NCBI GenBank assembly: GCA_950097015.1 | Contig: CATNEN010000037.1 | Coordinates: forward strand, 3,968,001-4,032,000 | DNA length: 64,000 nt | Reading direction: 5' to 3' | From: Macrostomum hystrix | Lineage: Eukaryota > Animalia > Platyhelminthes | In this document: positions 27,001-38,877 of the stretch, one piece after another | How positions within the stretch are numbered: position 1 is the stretch's first letter | How the letters are laid out: each line of letters starts with the position of its first letter | Notes under the pieces: model-generated | Databases searched by the model: none | Seen by the model: only the letters and a program-made list of their open reading frames with translations | Told to the model about the DNA's origin: nothing | Translations under genes and position numbers: made by a program

Positions 27001-27950
27001 GCGGCGGCGTCGAATCTCCACCGAAATCCAGGTGCGTCGCCCTTTGTGAATTCGGCCTTTTTGTGGCTAGATTTTCCGATCAATCGATTGACCGATTCGA
27101 GCTTAGAAATAAACTTTTTTCTTCTCAACTACTTTAAAGACTTGGCCATCTGAATCTCGCACGAGAAGTCTAGAAAACGTTGTCCTTCTCATGTTCTTAG
27201 TTTTAATCAGAATTTCGAAAAAAATTTGTTCCCATCATTTTCCTTTTCACAGTTCTCATGATTCTCATCTTCACAGTTCTCATGATTCTCATCTTCACAG
27301 TTCCCATCATTCTCATCTTCACAGTTTACATGATTCTCATCTTCACAGTTCTCATGATTCTCATCTTCACAGTTTTCATGATTCTCATCTTCACAGTTTT
27401 CATGATTCTCATCTTCACAGTTCTCATGATTCTCATCTTCACAGTTTTCATGATTCTCATCTTCACAGTTCTCATGATTCTCATCTTCACAGTTCTCATG
27501 ATTCTCATCTTCACAGTTCTCATGATTCTCATCTTCACAGTTCTCATGATTCTCATCTTCACAGTTCTCATGATTCTCATCTTCACAGTTCTCACGATTC
27601 TCATCTTCACAGTTCTCACGATTCTCATCTTCACAGTTCTCACGATTCTCATCTTCACAGTTCTCAATATTCGCACCTTCCCTACTTCTTATTTTACATC
27701 CAAAAACGCTGCAAATGCGATTCAAAAGTACATCTCTCCACGCACAACAACCCGGCAGCTGCAAAGCCTTCAGTCGGAGATCAAGAAGCGCGAGGAGCAT
27801 CTCTCGGCTAAGCAGCTGCAGGCGTTGAACGTGCAGATGTCGGACCTGTACGAGGACATCCAGGAGTTGAGCACGACTCTGGCCAAAGTGCAACGAAAGG
27901 GCGGCCTAGGCGGCGGCTTCTTCGCCGCACTGAAGAAGAAAAGCTTCTGA
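21053..27950 (+). CDS. Uncharacterised PH-domain protein with C-terminal coiled coil and polybasic tail
   Basis: Exons 21053-21234 (tentative; splices in frame AG|GTGACA...CCGCAG|C), 21794-23456, 23845-23905, 24675-24835, 26927-27031, 27759-27950; phases consistent, ~787 aa. PH-like segment ESFMHV...KLWAVLHTRTLYFFK...DLRRWLDGLERL; C-terminus LQSLQSEIKKREE...FFAALKKKSF. If the first exon is wrong, the start is ATG 21810. Confidence 0.75.
23487..23800. repeat. 24-bp minisatellite (~13 units) in PH-gene intron
   Basis: Unit tgatcagaatgtcagtttgggatc. Confidence 0.95.
24255..24608. repeat. 23-bp minisatellite (~15 units) in PH-gene intron
   Basis: Unit acacccgtgtctaacaggattta. Confidence 0.95.
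25240..26778. repeat. 24-bp minisatellite (~64 units) in PH-gene intron
   Basis: Unit aacctgctagacagggacactagt. Confidence 0.95.
27235..27665. repeat. 24-bp minisatellite (~18 units) in last PH-gene intron
   Basis: Unit ttctcatgattctcatcttcacag. Confidence 0.95.
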
Positions 27951-28184
27951 GCTGTGATGTGTGTGTACATAGGACTGCTAATGTGCGGCTGCGGCACCGA
28001 CTCACTTATAACTTGCAGAACTCACTTGCTCTATTACTGCACTGCAATAGTCAGTCATTGCTAGTTACTGTTGTATAATAATATAATACTTCGAAATACT
28101 GGAGACGAGAGTCGCGAGACTGAATGATGAAAAGGGTGAGATGTAGCTGAGCAAGGAATCCATTTTAGTTGAGAAGGGACAAGT

Positions 28185-28468
28185 GAAAAGTGAGAATAGG
28201 AAGAAGAGAGGTGAGAATGGGAAGAAGAGAGGTGAGAATGGGAAGGAGAGAGGTGAGAATGGGAAGGAGAGAGGTGAGAATGGGAAGGAGAGAGGTGAGA
28301 ATGGGAAGGAGAGAGGTGAGAATGGGAAGGAAAGAGGTGAGAAAGGGAAGGAGAGAGGTGAGAATGGGAAGGAGAGAGGTGAGAATGGGAAGGAGATAGG
28401 TGAGAATGGGAAGGAGAGAGGTGAGAATGGGAAGGAGAGAGGTGAGAATGGGAAGGAGAGAGGTGAGA
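28185..28468. repeat. 21-bp purine-rich minisatellite (~13 units)
   Basis: Unit gagaggtgagaatgggaagga. Confidence 0.95.
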
Positions 28469-28817
28469 AGCTGCTATAAGCGGGTGAGCAAAGAAGTGAA
28501 AGATGTTCAGAAGATTAGTGCTAAAAAGTAGAAACCTTGATTCTGTTCGCTTTCCTGCCTTTCTGCTCACGAGTGCTGTTGCCCTATGTACTTTATTATT
28601 TGTGAAGATAATGTGAAGTTTCATCGGGTGTTCGATTTGCCCGAGTTCACGTTGATCAGCAAATATCTGACGAATTACATTTGATAATTATTTTGCCGGT
28701 GTGGGCAGCGGCTAGCCCCGCACTTAAGCGCTAGATTAACCCTCATCTCATCATCGTTACTGATCAATTAAAGTTTTATTTTATGTTTTTGGTTAACAGT
28801 TCTGGTCCCCATTGGGC

Positions 28818-29558
28818 TGTCTAGTGTCATTGAGCATGTCTAGTTGTCATTGAGCATGTCTAGTTGTCATTGAGCATGTCTAGTTGTCATTGAGCATGTC
28901 TAGTTGTCATTGAGCATGTCTAGTTGTCATTGAGCATGTCTAGTTGTCATTGAGCATGTCTAGTTGTCATTGAGCATGTCTAGTTGTCATTGAGCATGTC
29001 TAGTTGTCATTGAGCATGTCTAGTTGTCATTGAGCATGTCTAGTTGTCATTGAGCATGTCTAGTTGTCATTGAGCATGTCTAGTTGTAATTGAGCATGTC
29101 TAGTTGTCATTGAGCATGTCTAGTGTCATTGAGCATGTCTAGTTGTCATTGAGCATGTCTAGTGTCATTGAGCATGTCTAGTTGTCATTGAGCATGTCTA
29201 GTTGTAATTGAGCATGTCTAGTTGTCATTGAGCATGTCTAGTGTCATTGAGCATGTCTAGTTGTCATTGAGCATGTCTAGTTGTCATTGAGCATGTCTAG
29301 TGTCATTGAGCATGTATAGTTGTCATTGAGCATGTCTAGTTGTAATTGAGCATGTCTAGTTGTCATTGAGCATGTCTAGTGTCATTGAGCATGTCTAGTG
29401 TCATTGAGCATGTCTAGTTGTCATTGAGCATGTCTAGTTGTCATTGAGCATGTCTAGTTGTCATTGAGCATGTCTAGTTGTCATTGAGCATGTCTAGTTG
29501 TCATTTAGCATGTCTAGTTGTCATTGAGCATGTCTAGTTGTCATTGAGCATGTCTAGT
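28818..29558. repeat. 20-bp minisatellite (~37 units)
   Basis: Unit gtcattgagcatgtctagtt. Confidence 0.95.
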
Positions 29559-30330
29559 TCCAAATTCAGTCAGTCGATACTCAAATTATAAGGTACATAA
29601 AGAAAAAATCGTCGTGTCACGTGCCAAGTTTATATATTTAGATTAGAATAGGCACAATGGGAGCTCTTTATCTAACTAATGGGATCTGTTCTCACGGGAC
29701 GGGACTGTCTGTTTTTTTAATGCTTTGAGCGGGATGTTCATCTCAACTGAACAGCCTCTAATCAGGCGATCCAGGCAGAGCTGGACTATATAGAGACAGG
29801 AACAGTAATAAATAGAGCCGCATAGAGAGAGCGGAGCAGTCGGTTCAGTAGCTGCCAGAGTGTCAGTCACGGCGGTCGACTTTGCAATAATTGTCCCGCA
29901 GTAAAGACTCGCAGACTCGCAGACTTGAGTGTCTTTGAAAAGACTGACTGAAAAATAAATGACGAGCACACATATACAGTGTTTCTATGCAGAGCCTGCA
30001 AGCAACGGTTGAGTAGTTAAACTTCTATAATTAACCTTTTTTTCGTAATTACATTTTGGCATGTGGGAATGTTAAACTCTTCGTGTAAGATTTATTAGTT
30101 ATATTCTACTAACACGACAGTCTCTACTTATGGATAGTAGTAACAAGAGCTTCTGCTAAAAAGATACTTTAAAAAATATATATATACATAGCGTGCTTTA
30201 ATAAATTATAAAGTACAAAAGGACCTTCGCAATATATTTTTAATAAGAAACAAATTCGTGTCCTCGATGGACACTGCATTTAGAGGCCATTGACTGTACA
30301 TCTATATATTTTATCGATTCGTCCCCAAGA

Positions 30331-31348
30331 ACCACTAGGAGTAGAAAGACTGGAAACTACGTTTCTTCGAAAAATATTTTAAGGCCGGTTTTCGCGAAAA
30401 AAAAATACACTATGGAGATAGGAGATAGGAAAATTTCACTTTTCAGACTTAAATGGTGACAGCTTTTGATTGGAAGCTGACACAAAGCTGTTCATTTGAT
30501 ATAACTTGCCTAACATGTTGCTCTATCTAGCGAATGTTATAAAGTTTTGTATATGAAAATTTGATCTTCATACGGTTTTCTTTACTAAAAAACCTATCAT
30601 AAGACTGAAATTTATTACACTACTAGTAGACTAGTAGAATTAGCTTAATCTTTTGTTTCTGTTTCTCTTGCAACTAAGTATTAATTAATTAATATATTAA
30701 TTCGTATTTGATATTCTTCGCAGCTTTAATAGAAAGCAATGTTTACTTTGTTTTATTAGTTTTATTTATTTATTAATTTTTTATTTTTTAATTGACTACT
30801 TTACAAAATGTATAAAAGCTTCACAAGGAAAAATATATAAGAGAAAATAAATATGAAAGGTAGATAAATTTATTATTGAAATATAATAAAGCAATAAATT
30901 TAATTTTATTACTTTAAAAAATATATAAATTTCAATCGGAAAATAAATGCAATATTTAATACATTAAATAAGCGAAATAAATAATATTTATTTTGACCGG
31001 TCAAAAAACTACTGCTAGGTACCCATAAAGTATAATTTAGGCTCATTAATAATTAATGAATAGCTAAAAAACTGCAAAAACAACATTGTCAGTGCATCGG
31101 AACTTTAAATAAAGAAAATCGTTTGAATATCAAATTTCATGTACAAAACTTTATAACATTCGCTAGAGCAAATATTATAGGCAAGTTATATTAAAAGAAC
31201 AGCTTTGTGTCAGCTTCCAATCAAAAGCTATCACCATTTAAATCTGAAAAGTGAAAATTTCCTATCTCCGTAGTGTATTTTTCCGCGAAAAAACCAGCCT
31301 TCATTTATTTTTATAAGACACGTAGTTTCCCGTCCTTCTCCTAGTGGT
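30331..31348. mobile_element. Foldback / non-autonomous DNA transposon with ~250-bp imperfect TIRs
   Basis: Arm ~30331-30587 (accactagga...ggaaactacgt...gattggaagctgacacaaagctgttc) is the inverted copy of ~31107-31348 (gaacagctttgtgtcagcttccaatc...acgtagtttcc...tcctagtggt); very AT-rich non-coding spacer; no clean TSD seen. Confidence 0.75.
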
Positions 31349-32912
31349 CCAATTGTTCGTCCCTCCTAGAAGAGATAAAGCGGGAAATTTTCCATGAAAT
31401 ATGTTTTCTAAGAAAATGAGTCGGGCGTTGCCATTGAGTTAGAATGCGCATATTCATTATTATAACTAAACTTATTCCCAGGTGTGCGATCCCTTAGAAC
31501 GAGTCTGTGAGGAGTTGCACTTTGCACTCCCAAGTGGAATCGCGTGATATAGTTTGTCGTCGAATCTCCCTCCACCGGATCCAATTTCCAAATTTCCCAT
31601 TCGATGGATTAGGAAAGGGGAGAAGCTTCACTCAACTCAACAGCTCTCCAGGGAAGTCTACTGTTTCAGTGGATCTTTCTGCGCGCTGGGTTTTCGGGCA
31701 ATTTCTGTAAGCAGTCTCGCTGCGGCTGTTATCCCAGTCACTCCAGTCACTTTGAAGGCTCCAAAAAGGTTGTTAGGAAAAAATAGGTTTAAACTCAGGC
31801 ATTCCTCATTCTGTTGACACCTCATGAACCTGTCGCCTCATGAACCTGTCCCCTCATCAAACTGTCACCTCATGAACCTGTCATCACATGAAAATGTCAT
31901 CTCATGATCTCAATCCATTCAGCATTGTAAATAAAAATAGAGAAAACAATAGGACGGAGATATTTTTGTGTTTGCCAGGATTTGCAGTTTATTCAGAGAT
32001 GTTTTTGTCGTCAAAATAAGCATTCCAACGCTGCTCATGATGATGAGCACTCTGGAGCGCACAGTCTCAGAGGGAATGACAATCGATGATCGCCAGTTAG
32101 AAAAAAATATAGAATTCTCTCGCATTCACACTCGCTGCTGCTGCTTTTAGCTAGAGTCCAGCGGTGACAGTACGTGGTTCGATTTCAGGGCTGGTGGAGG
32201 CTCTGACTCTACGGCTCGGCGGAGGGATTTGAAGGAGGGACAAAAAAACCGTGTGAGGTCAAGCCTGATTGGTGCAGAAGGGTTACACACTGAGACAAAG
32301 CGCAAAAATAATATTTTGCATAATATTTATGCCGTGCTACAGAGAGAACAACATTATCGACGTACTAATATTATAGCACTGGACACAAAAATATCATAAT
32401 CTATGGTAATCTAAGTTTTTTGAACCGATTTTACACTCAACAATTTCTAATCTGTATACGCGACTCATGGCCACAAATGAAATTTCAATGGAAATCGATT
32501 TTTAGTTAAACCATTTCAATATATAATTTAACTTTTTTTTCAATTCCGATTATAGCCCTCCTTAAATACAAATGTGGCGACAGAGTAGCGGAGAGCTATA
32601 CCAACAGACAGACAAGATAATTTGTGCGTTTAAAAAAATCCAAAAAACATTGGTCGATTCAAATTTTATAAGTCTGCTCTATAATCTCTTAGTTTTTTTG
32701 ATTCTCTGGAAAAAAAATATAGCAAAAAAAATCTATAATTCACGAAACACAGACGAATAGGAGGCTATTGTGTGAGACAGACAGACAGGGCGGGTAATTG
32801 AATATACGGAGCCGCATTAGAGGTTTGGAGAGAGAGTTTTTGTGAGAGACAGTATCCGTGGGCGTTTTTAAAGGTCCGGTTATTAGCTCTGGCCATAGAC
32901 ATCAGCCGGTTC

Positions 32913-35900
32913 TCACTCGGCCAGACGGTGCCACTCGGCAATTTGCTTGCGCGGGCAGTTCATCGCCTCCTGCCAGTGCTTGTCGGCCAGCTCGCCGCGG
33001 CCAAGGCCCAGCTCCAGGCGGCCGATCACTTCATTCTTGGTGACTCGATCCCAGTCTAGCACCAGCAGCTCCAGAGCCAGCTGGTGGAGGCCCTCGTTCG
33101 GCGGCACCTCGAAGACAAACGACTCGTTGTAGACCGGGTTCAGAGTGCGCTTCTTAACGTGGGTCTTTTTCTTCGCGATGCGCTGGCCATTGTACTGCAG
33201 GTAGAGCTTCACGTACGGGTCGCCTGGCGGTGCGGCACAATGTAATTAGATGGCGTTTATTGAGGCTCTTTCTGTCTGACAATTAACCAATCGTCAGAAT
33301 CGGTGTCTTGTGTCTTGTTCTGCTGGTCAGTCCATGACTGGTGGGACGCCACACACAACACACACAAGAATCGAACCCCTGATCTTTAAGTCGTGAGTCC
33401 AACGCTCTAACCACTAGGCTACTTACTACAAGCTCCCCTTTTAGTTATTTGCTTGCCTCATTTTCCGTTTTTTAATTAATTAATATTTACACTTCTCGTA
33501 GTGCCCTTTTTGGGTCGTTTTATAGAATACTTTAACGCCTAACTTATTTCTCGGCAAATAGATAATATCATTCTACCAGTTACTGCTCCATTCTTTCTCA
33601 TGTAAACCTTCTCATGTATGCGACAAGTATACAAAACTTCCACTTTAGAGTGTGAAAAAAGCCACTAAAGAAAGGGTTGAATCTTCTGAGGAATGTTTGA
33701 GGATAAGTAAATATATTAGAGCCTGGCCGAAATATTATCCAATCAGCTGGCGGGAAGGCGTCGCGTAAAAGTGGAAGGACGAAAACAAGGCTTTAAAGCT
33801 TCGGGGGGATTGGGGCCTTAGGGAAGCTTCAGTGAGAGTCGGGCCGGAGCCCTCGAGGGCATTCGAAGATGAGGGCAGAGCAGAAATTTCAGAAACTGCA
33901 CCGCAAAATTGGGGCAGAGAGCTGAAAAGAGAAAGTAGAATACCGGAAAGAGGATTACAGCTACAAGCAAGAAAGCAAGCAAGCAGGGGATAAGATCCGG
34001 GAGAACAGGGAAGACAGATATGAGGGATTAGACTAGGGCGTCGGCACTGCACGGGTGCGGCTAGAGGGATGGGGCGATGGGAGCTGGGGATGGGAGGCTG
34101 TGAGAAATGGGAGTGAGAGCCACCCGGACAGGCTGCATGGCTTCTCTGCCTCTCTGATCTCCGAGTCCCCACATATCCCTTCTTCCTTTTGGCCACTCGC
34201 GCCCTAGGCGCAGTGCAGTCAGCGGTCAGCGCGCGTGTCTCACGCGATGGGGCCAGCGGCCACTGCCAAGGCTTCGCTGGTTGGGGAGACCACACGATGG
34301 CCATTTCTCTTGTCCCAAAGTCCAGCATGAATGAGCTTAATATAACAATATCCGCTTGACCTTTTACTGTAATCTAACAAAACCATCATCGTCTTCCCTG
34401 TCTGTACAGTCCCATCTTTGTCCCAGTCTTCTCCAAGCCAACAGTCAGACACCCCAGAGCTGTCCATGCGGTCCCATCCTTGTCACAGTCTTCCCACAGC
34501 CAGACACCCCAGAGCTGTCCATGCGGTCCCATCCTTGTCACAGTCTTCCCACAGCCAGACACCCCCGAGCTTTCCATGAACTCCCATTCTTGTCCCAGTC
34601 TTCCCACAGCCAGACACCCCCGAGCTTTCCATGAACTCCCATTCTTGTCCCAGTCTTCCCACAGCCAGACACCCCCGAGCTTTCCATGAACTCCCATTCT
34701 TGTCCCAGTCTTCCCACAGCCAGACACCCCCGAGCTTTCCATGAACTCCCATTCTTGTCCCAGTCTTCCCACAGCCAGACACCCCCGAGCTTTCCATGAA
34801 CTCCCATTCTTGTCCCAGTCTTCCCACAGCCAGACACCCCCGAGCTTTCCATGAACTCCCATCCTTGTCCCAGTCTTCCCACAGCCAGACACACCAGACC
34901 TGTCCATGCGGTCCCATCCTTGTCCCAGTTTTCCCCGATCCCAAAGCCAGACACCCGAATCAGGTCGCCCGGACGCCCTCACCAGCCAGTCCGGTAACGT
35001 CCATCTTAGGCAGGTTGCGGGCCTTGAGTACAACGACAGTTAGACGGTTGGCCGCCGGCTGGTGGCAGAGGCTCACAAGCAGCTCGCCGCGGTTCTGATT
35101 CTTCACCTGTTGAGTGAGGTATGTGAGGATGTCCCTGAAGTGTTTAATAGAATCGGATTTGGGATCAATCGCAGGGGTGTTGGGGTTGTGCAAACCTTGA
35201 ACTGCCTCGGTTGGATCTCCCTAGTGACGGTCAGCAGATCCTCGGCGTCGGTCTCTCCCATCGGGAACAGCACCTCGCCGATGATGTGGTCGCGTGAGAA
35301 TCTATCGAAGCTGAGCACAACAAAGTGCAGGCTGGCCGACTTCACCTGGGCAGGGCGCATGCCGTAGAAGCTGAAGGTCTCCTCGTACACCGGGCTGCAG
35401 GTCTTGCGCAGCACGCGGGTCTTCACCTTGTGCCGCTTCTCCGGCAGCAGCTGCAGCTTCACGTAGGGATCCGATGAGCCCAGGTGGGCGTCCTTGGCCG
35501 GCAGGTCCTCGCAGCGCACGATTGTAACCAGCAGGGTCTGCTTGCACTTGTCATACAGGACAGAGAAGGTCAAGCTGCCCAGACTGCCCGCCGCCTCCTC
35601 AGCCTGCGGCCCAATGTCGGAAACTGGCGAGTTGCCCTCCGACATCATCTGCAGTGCGTCCGGAGTTGTTGGCGATTCGCCCGGCCGCTGCTGCTGCTGC
35701 TGTCGCTGCTGCTGACTGTGCAGCGAGAGAGTTCGGCTTAGCCGCTGGGCCCGACCCTCCTCGGCGAGGCCCCGCTTGATGACGCTGGACAGGCGGAAGC
35801 CGGGCGACTCTTCGCGACGGCGCTTCAACGACTTGTAGCCGTAGGCGGCCAGGCCCGCCACGGCGAACACCGCGCCCACCGTCAGGGCCACCACCGCGCC

Positions 35901-36173
35901 GATGCTCATGCCGCCCAGGCTCACTGTGGTGGTGGCGGGTGGATAGATAGATAGATAGATAGACGAAGGCCTCCTAGAGGCAATCCACGCACACAGCATT
36001 AGATGTTTTGAAAAAAATATTTTTTATATATTGTACGATGAACCAAATTTTCGGCCAAAAATAGGCCTTCTTCAGGGTCTGTATATTTAGATAAGATAGA
36101 TAGATAGATCTGACTAACCTGGCTGCATGCCCAAATCAGCTGATCCGTGCAGCGCTCGCATCTGCGGCGCCAT
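32913..36173 (-). CDS. SYT4: Synaptotagmin-4/11 family (TM, C2A, C2B)
   Basis: Exons (minus) 36173-36119, 35923-35196, 35106-34983, 33223-32913 = 1218 nt, 405 aa. [10 protein letters not shown]..., [22 protein letters not shown]2[15 protein letters not shown]...LSFDRFSRD (Syt4/11 Asp-to-Ser), C2[20 protein letters not shown]...[13 protein letters not shown]. Confidence 0.9.
33321..33427 (-). mobile_element. Internally deleted SINE copy in Syt4 intron 3
   Basis: Minus strand tagcctagtggttagagcgttggactcacgac...ggttcgattc head joined almost directly to the 3' motif (+ strand cagtccatgactggtgggacgccacac); CORE-like part missing. Confidence 0.65.
34400..34925. repeat. 55-bp minisatellite (~9 units) in Syt4 intron 3
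   Basis: Unit gtcccagtcttcccacagccagacacccccgagctttccatgaactcccattctt. Confidence 0.95.
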
Positions 36174-37431
36174 CTTAGGAATCTGCTGCTGCTGCTGCTG
36201 CAAGTGTCGCACAGTCAGCTACGCTAGTACTCACTCTCGGTCTGTCCACCTGAACATGCAGGCAAGTTTGCAGTGGCTAACACAATGGGAGCTTCGGTTG
36301 CTGCGCTGTCTCCGTGGCTCTGTCTTCCCTTCGTGAAGCTCAAAAGCCCAAAGCACAGCCAGCGAGCGCGAGAGAGGAGAGCTGCTTGCAATCACGGGCG
36401 GTCGAACTTATAGGCTGCACCGTCTCTGCAGCCTCCTCTTCCCAACCAGAGCCCACACCGCAGGGACAGAGACGGTGGGGAGGAAAAGAATAGCACCGGG
36501 CAGGGAAAGATGAGGAGGCAGGAAGGAGATTGGAGGGGAGGTGAGGCTGAGCGCGCGGGCCGACTGGGGCGCGCGTCGCGGGGAAAAGTGAGCGGACTAA
36601 AAATAGCACCAGCCGGATCCGAGGACGCAGAAAGAACCACAGCGTTTGGTCAGGAAGCAATGGCAAGAAGAAGGCGAGGAAGAGAGAGCGGAGCGAGACG
36701 AGAAGCTGGCAAGAAGCTGCCTACAACCGTCGGGAACGAGTAGGCCGGCTTCATCAATTCTAGAACTCAACGCGCCCGGTGGGGCAGACTCAGAACTGTA
36801 CTCAAACTCTGCTCACACGGGCCTAGCGTCTCTCTCTCCCTGCCGCTCTCCTAGATTGCGCCTCCTACGCAATTCTAGGATTTAGAGGCAAGGGGCTTAG
36901 ACTAGAGCTCCGGTCTGTTCTCCCTGCCTCCCGAGCCACCCCCAGATCTCCCTCTCCTGCCCCACATCCTGCCGCGCTTATCAACGGCCAGCGAGCAGCA
37001 GCACCGGCCTTCGAAGGTAGAGCAGGCGGGCCGCTGTGTGCACTAATCACTGTGGGCTGGGGCGGGGTAGGGCAATGGGGCAAGAGAACTTCACCGCATC
37101 TGGGCACACACACACTCACCGCATTCACCTGGCTCACCTGGCTCTTCTTTTAGTCCACAATTTGTCCCACTCCGCCAGGCTTTGGATTAAACTGACTGAG
37201 AGAAAATTGGGAGAGGAAGTAGCAGTGAAGGAAAGTGAGTATAGAAGGGGTGGAGGGGCGTCCTGTGTTCTACCACTGCCTAGCAACTCAGCTGAGTATT
37301 TCTCCCATCCTTCATCCGACATCCCAACTACACCACATCGTTCCTCTTTCCTATTGCACTTTTTTCGGTTGCTTTTACCTAAACTTTTCCCACGATAACT
37401 GTTCAGTAGCGTTTCTAAAGAAATCAGAAAC

Positions 37432-38203
37432 ACAGAGTTTAACTGCTGCAATCAGAGACAGTGAGAGTTTGACTGCTGCAATCAGAGACAGTGAGAGTTT
37501 GACTGCTGCAATCAGAGACAGTGAGAGTTTGACTGCTGCAATCAGAGACAGTGAGAGTTTGACTGCTGCAATCAGAGACAGTGAGAGTGTGACTGCTGCA
37601 ATCAGAGACAGTGAGAGTTTGACTGCTGCAATCAGAGACAGTGAGAGTTTGACTGCTGCAATCAGAGACAGTGAGAGTTTGACTGCTGCAATCAGAGACA
37701 GTGAGAGTTTGACTGCTGCAATCAGAGACAGTGAGAGTTTGACTGCTGCAATCAGAGACAGTGAGAGTTTAACTGCTGCAATCAGAGACAGTGAGATTTT
37801 GACTGCTGCAATCAGAGACAGTGAGAGTTTGACTGCTGCAATCAGAGACAGTGAGAGTTTGACTGCTGCAATCAGAGACACTGAGAGTTTGACTGCTGCA
37901 ATCAGAGACAGTGAGAGTTTGACTGCTGCAATCAGAGACAGTGAGAGTGTGACTGCTGCAATCAGAGACAGTGAGAGTTTGACTGCTGCAATCAGAGACA
38001 GTGAGAGTGTGACTGCTGCAATCAGAGACAGTGAGAGTTTGACTGCTGCAATCAGAGACAGTGAGAGTGTGACTGCTGCAATCAGAGACAGTGAGAGTTT
38101 GACTGCTGCAATCAGAGACAGTGAGAGTTTGACTGCTGCAATCAGAGACAGTGAGAGTTTAACTGCTGCAATCAGAGACAGTGAGAGTTTGACTGCTGCA
38201 ATA
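37432..38203. repeat. 30-bp minisatellite (~25 units)
   Basis: Unit gactgctgcaatcagagacagtgagagttt. Confidence 0.95.
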
Positions 38204-38877
38204 GAAAAAAAGAGATTTAAAAAGAAGAGTACTCAGAAAAATCAATTATTCTTACGTAAAAATCAGAGTATAAAGATGTTTTACCACAGCATGCTATTTG
38301 GTATATTCTTCTACATCAAACTAAAGTTACAATTTATAAGTTTAAACGAACAATAAGACAAACAGCAATCGATATAATGAGGCTGTAGCTTTTATACAAA
38401 ACCTAAGGTTATGAAAGCATCAGTTAATAAAGATTTCATGCTGTTATTGAAGCACTTATCAGCTATCATAAATCTGAATTTGAAATGAACATTTTGAACT
38501 GAGAAACAAATAACAGTAGTCTAATTTTGTGTGGGGAAAAGTACAGGCAAAATTAAGATTTTTTTATTGTGATTTTTTCATTCGAATACTCCAACACAAC
38601 ACTTTTTTATCGATGTGCTACAATAGAGTAAAACTGATTAGCCAAAATCACAGATACAGTTAAAGCTAGCACTGTATCTCCAGTTGCTATGCTCAAGATG
38701 AAGCATCTCCACGTAGTTTCTCAAGCTCCCCGACCGCCTGTTGAGTTGAGCTCTGTGCGACCGCGCTAGCAATCATTGCCTGAGTGTTCCACCTGTGAGG
38801 CGCAGGAAGGAGCGGATTAACGGAATTCACGATTTCTGTCATGTAAAGAAACATGAAATGACATTAAACATGAAATT

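Noticed and set aside
18845-29558. CRISPR-like appearance of regular 20-30-bp repeats
   Set aside because: Repeats are head-to-tail with no unique spacers, there are no cas genes, and the context is eukaryotic with introns.
29758-29823. Signal-peptide-like mini ORF MRLYLLLFLSLYSPALPGSPD on minus strand
   Set aside because: Stops after 21 codons, has no convincing donor to extend it, and no downstream exon was found.
32388-32560. Possible DNA-transposon end fragment (cactggacac...)
   Set aside because: No partner inverted repeat or TSD in the window.
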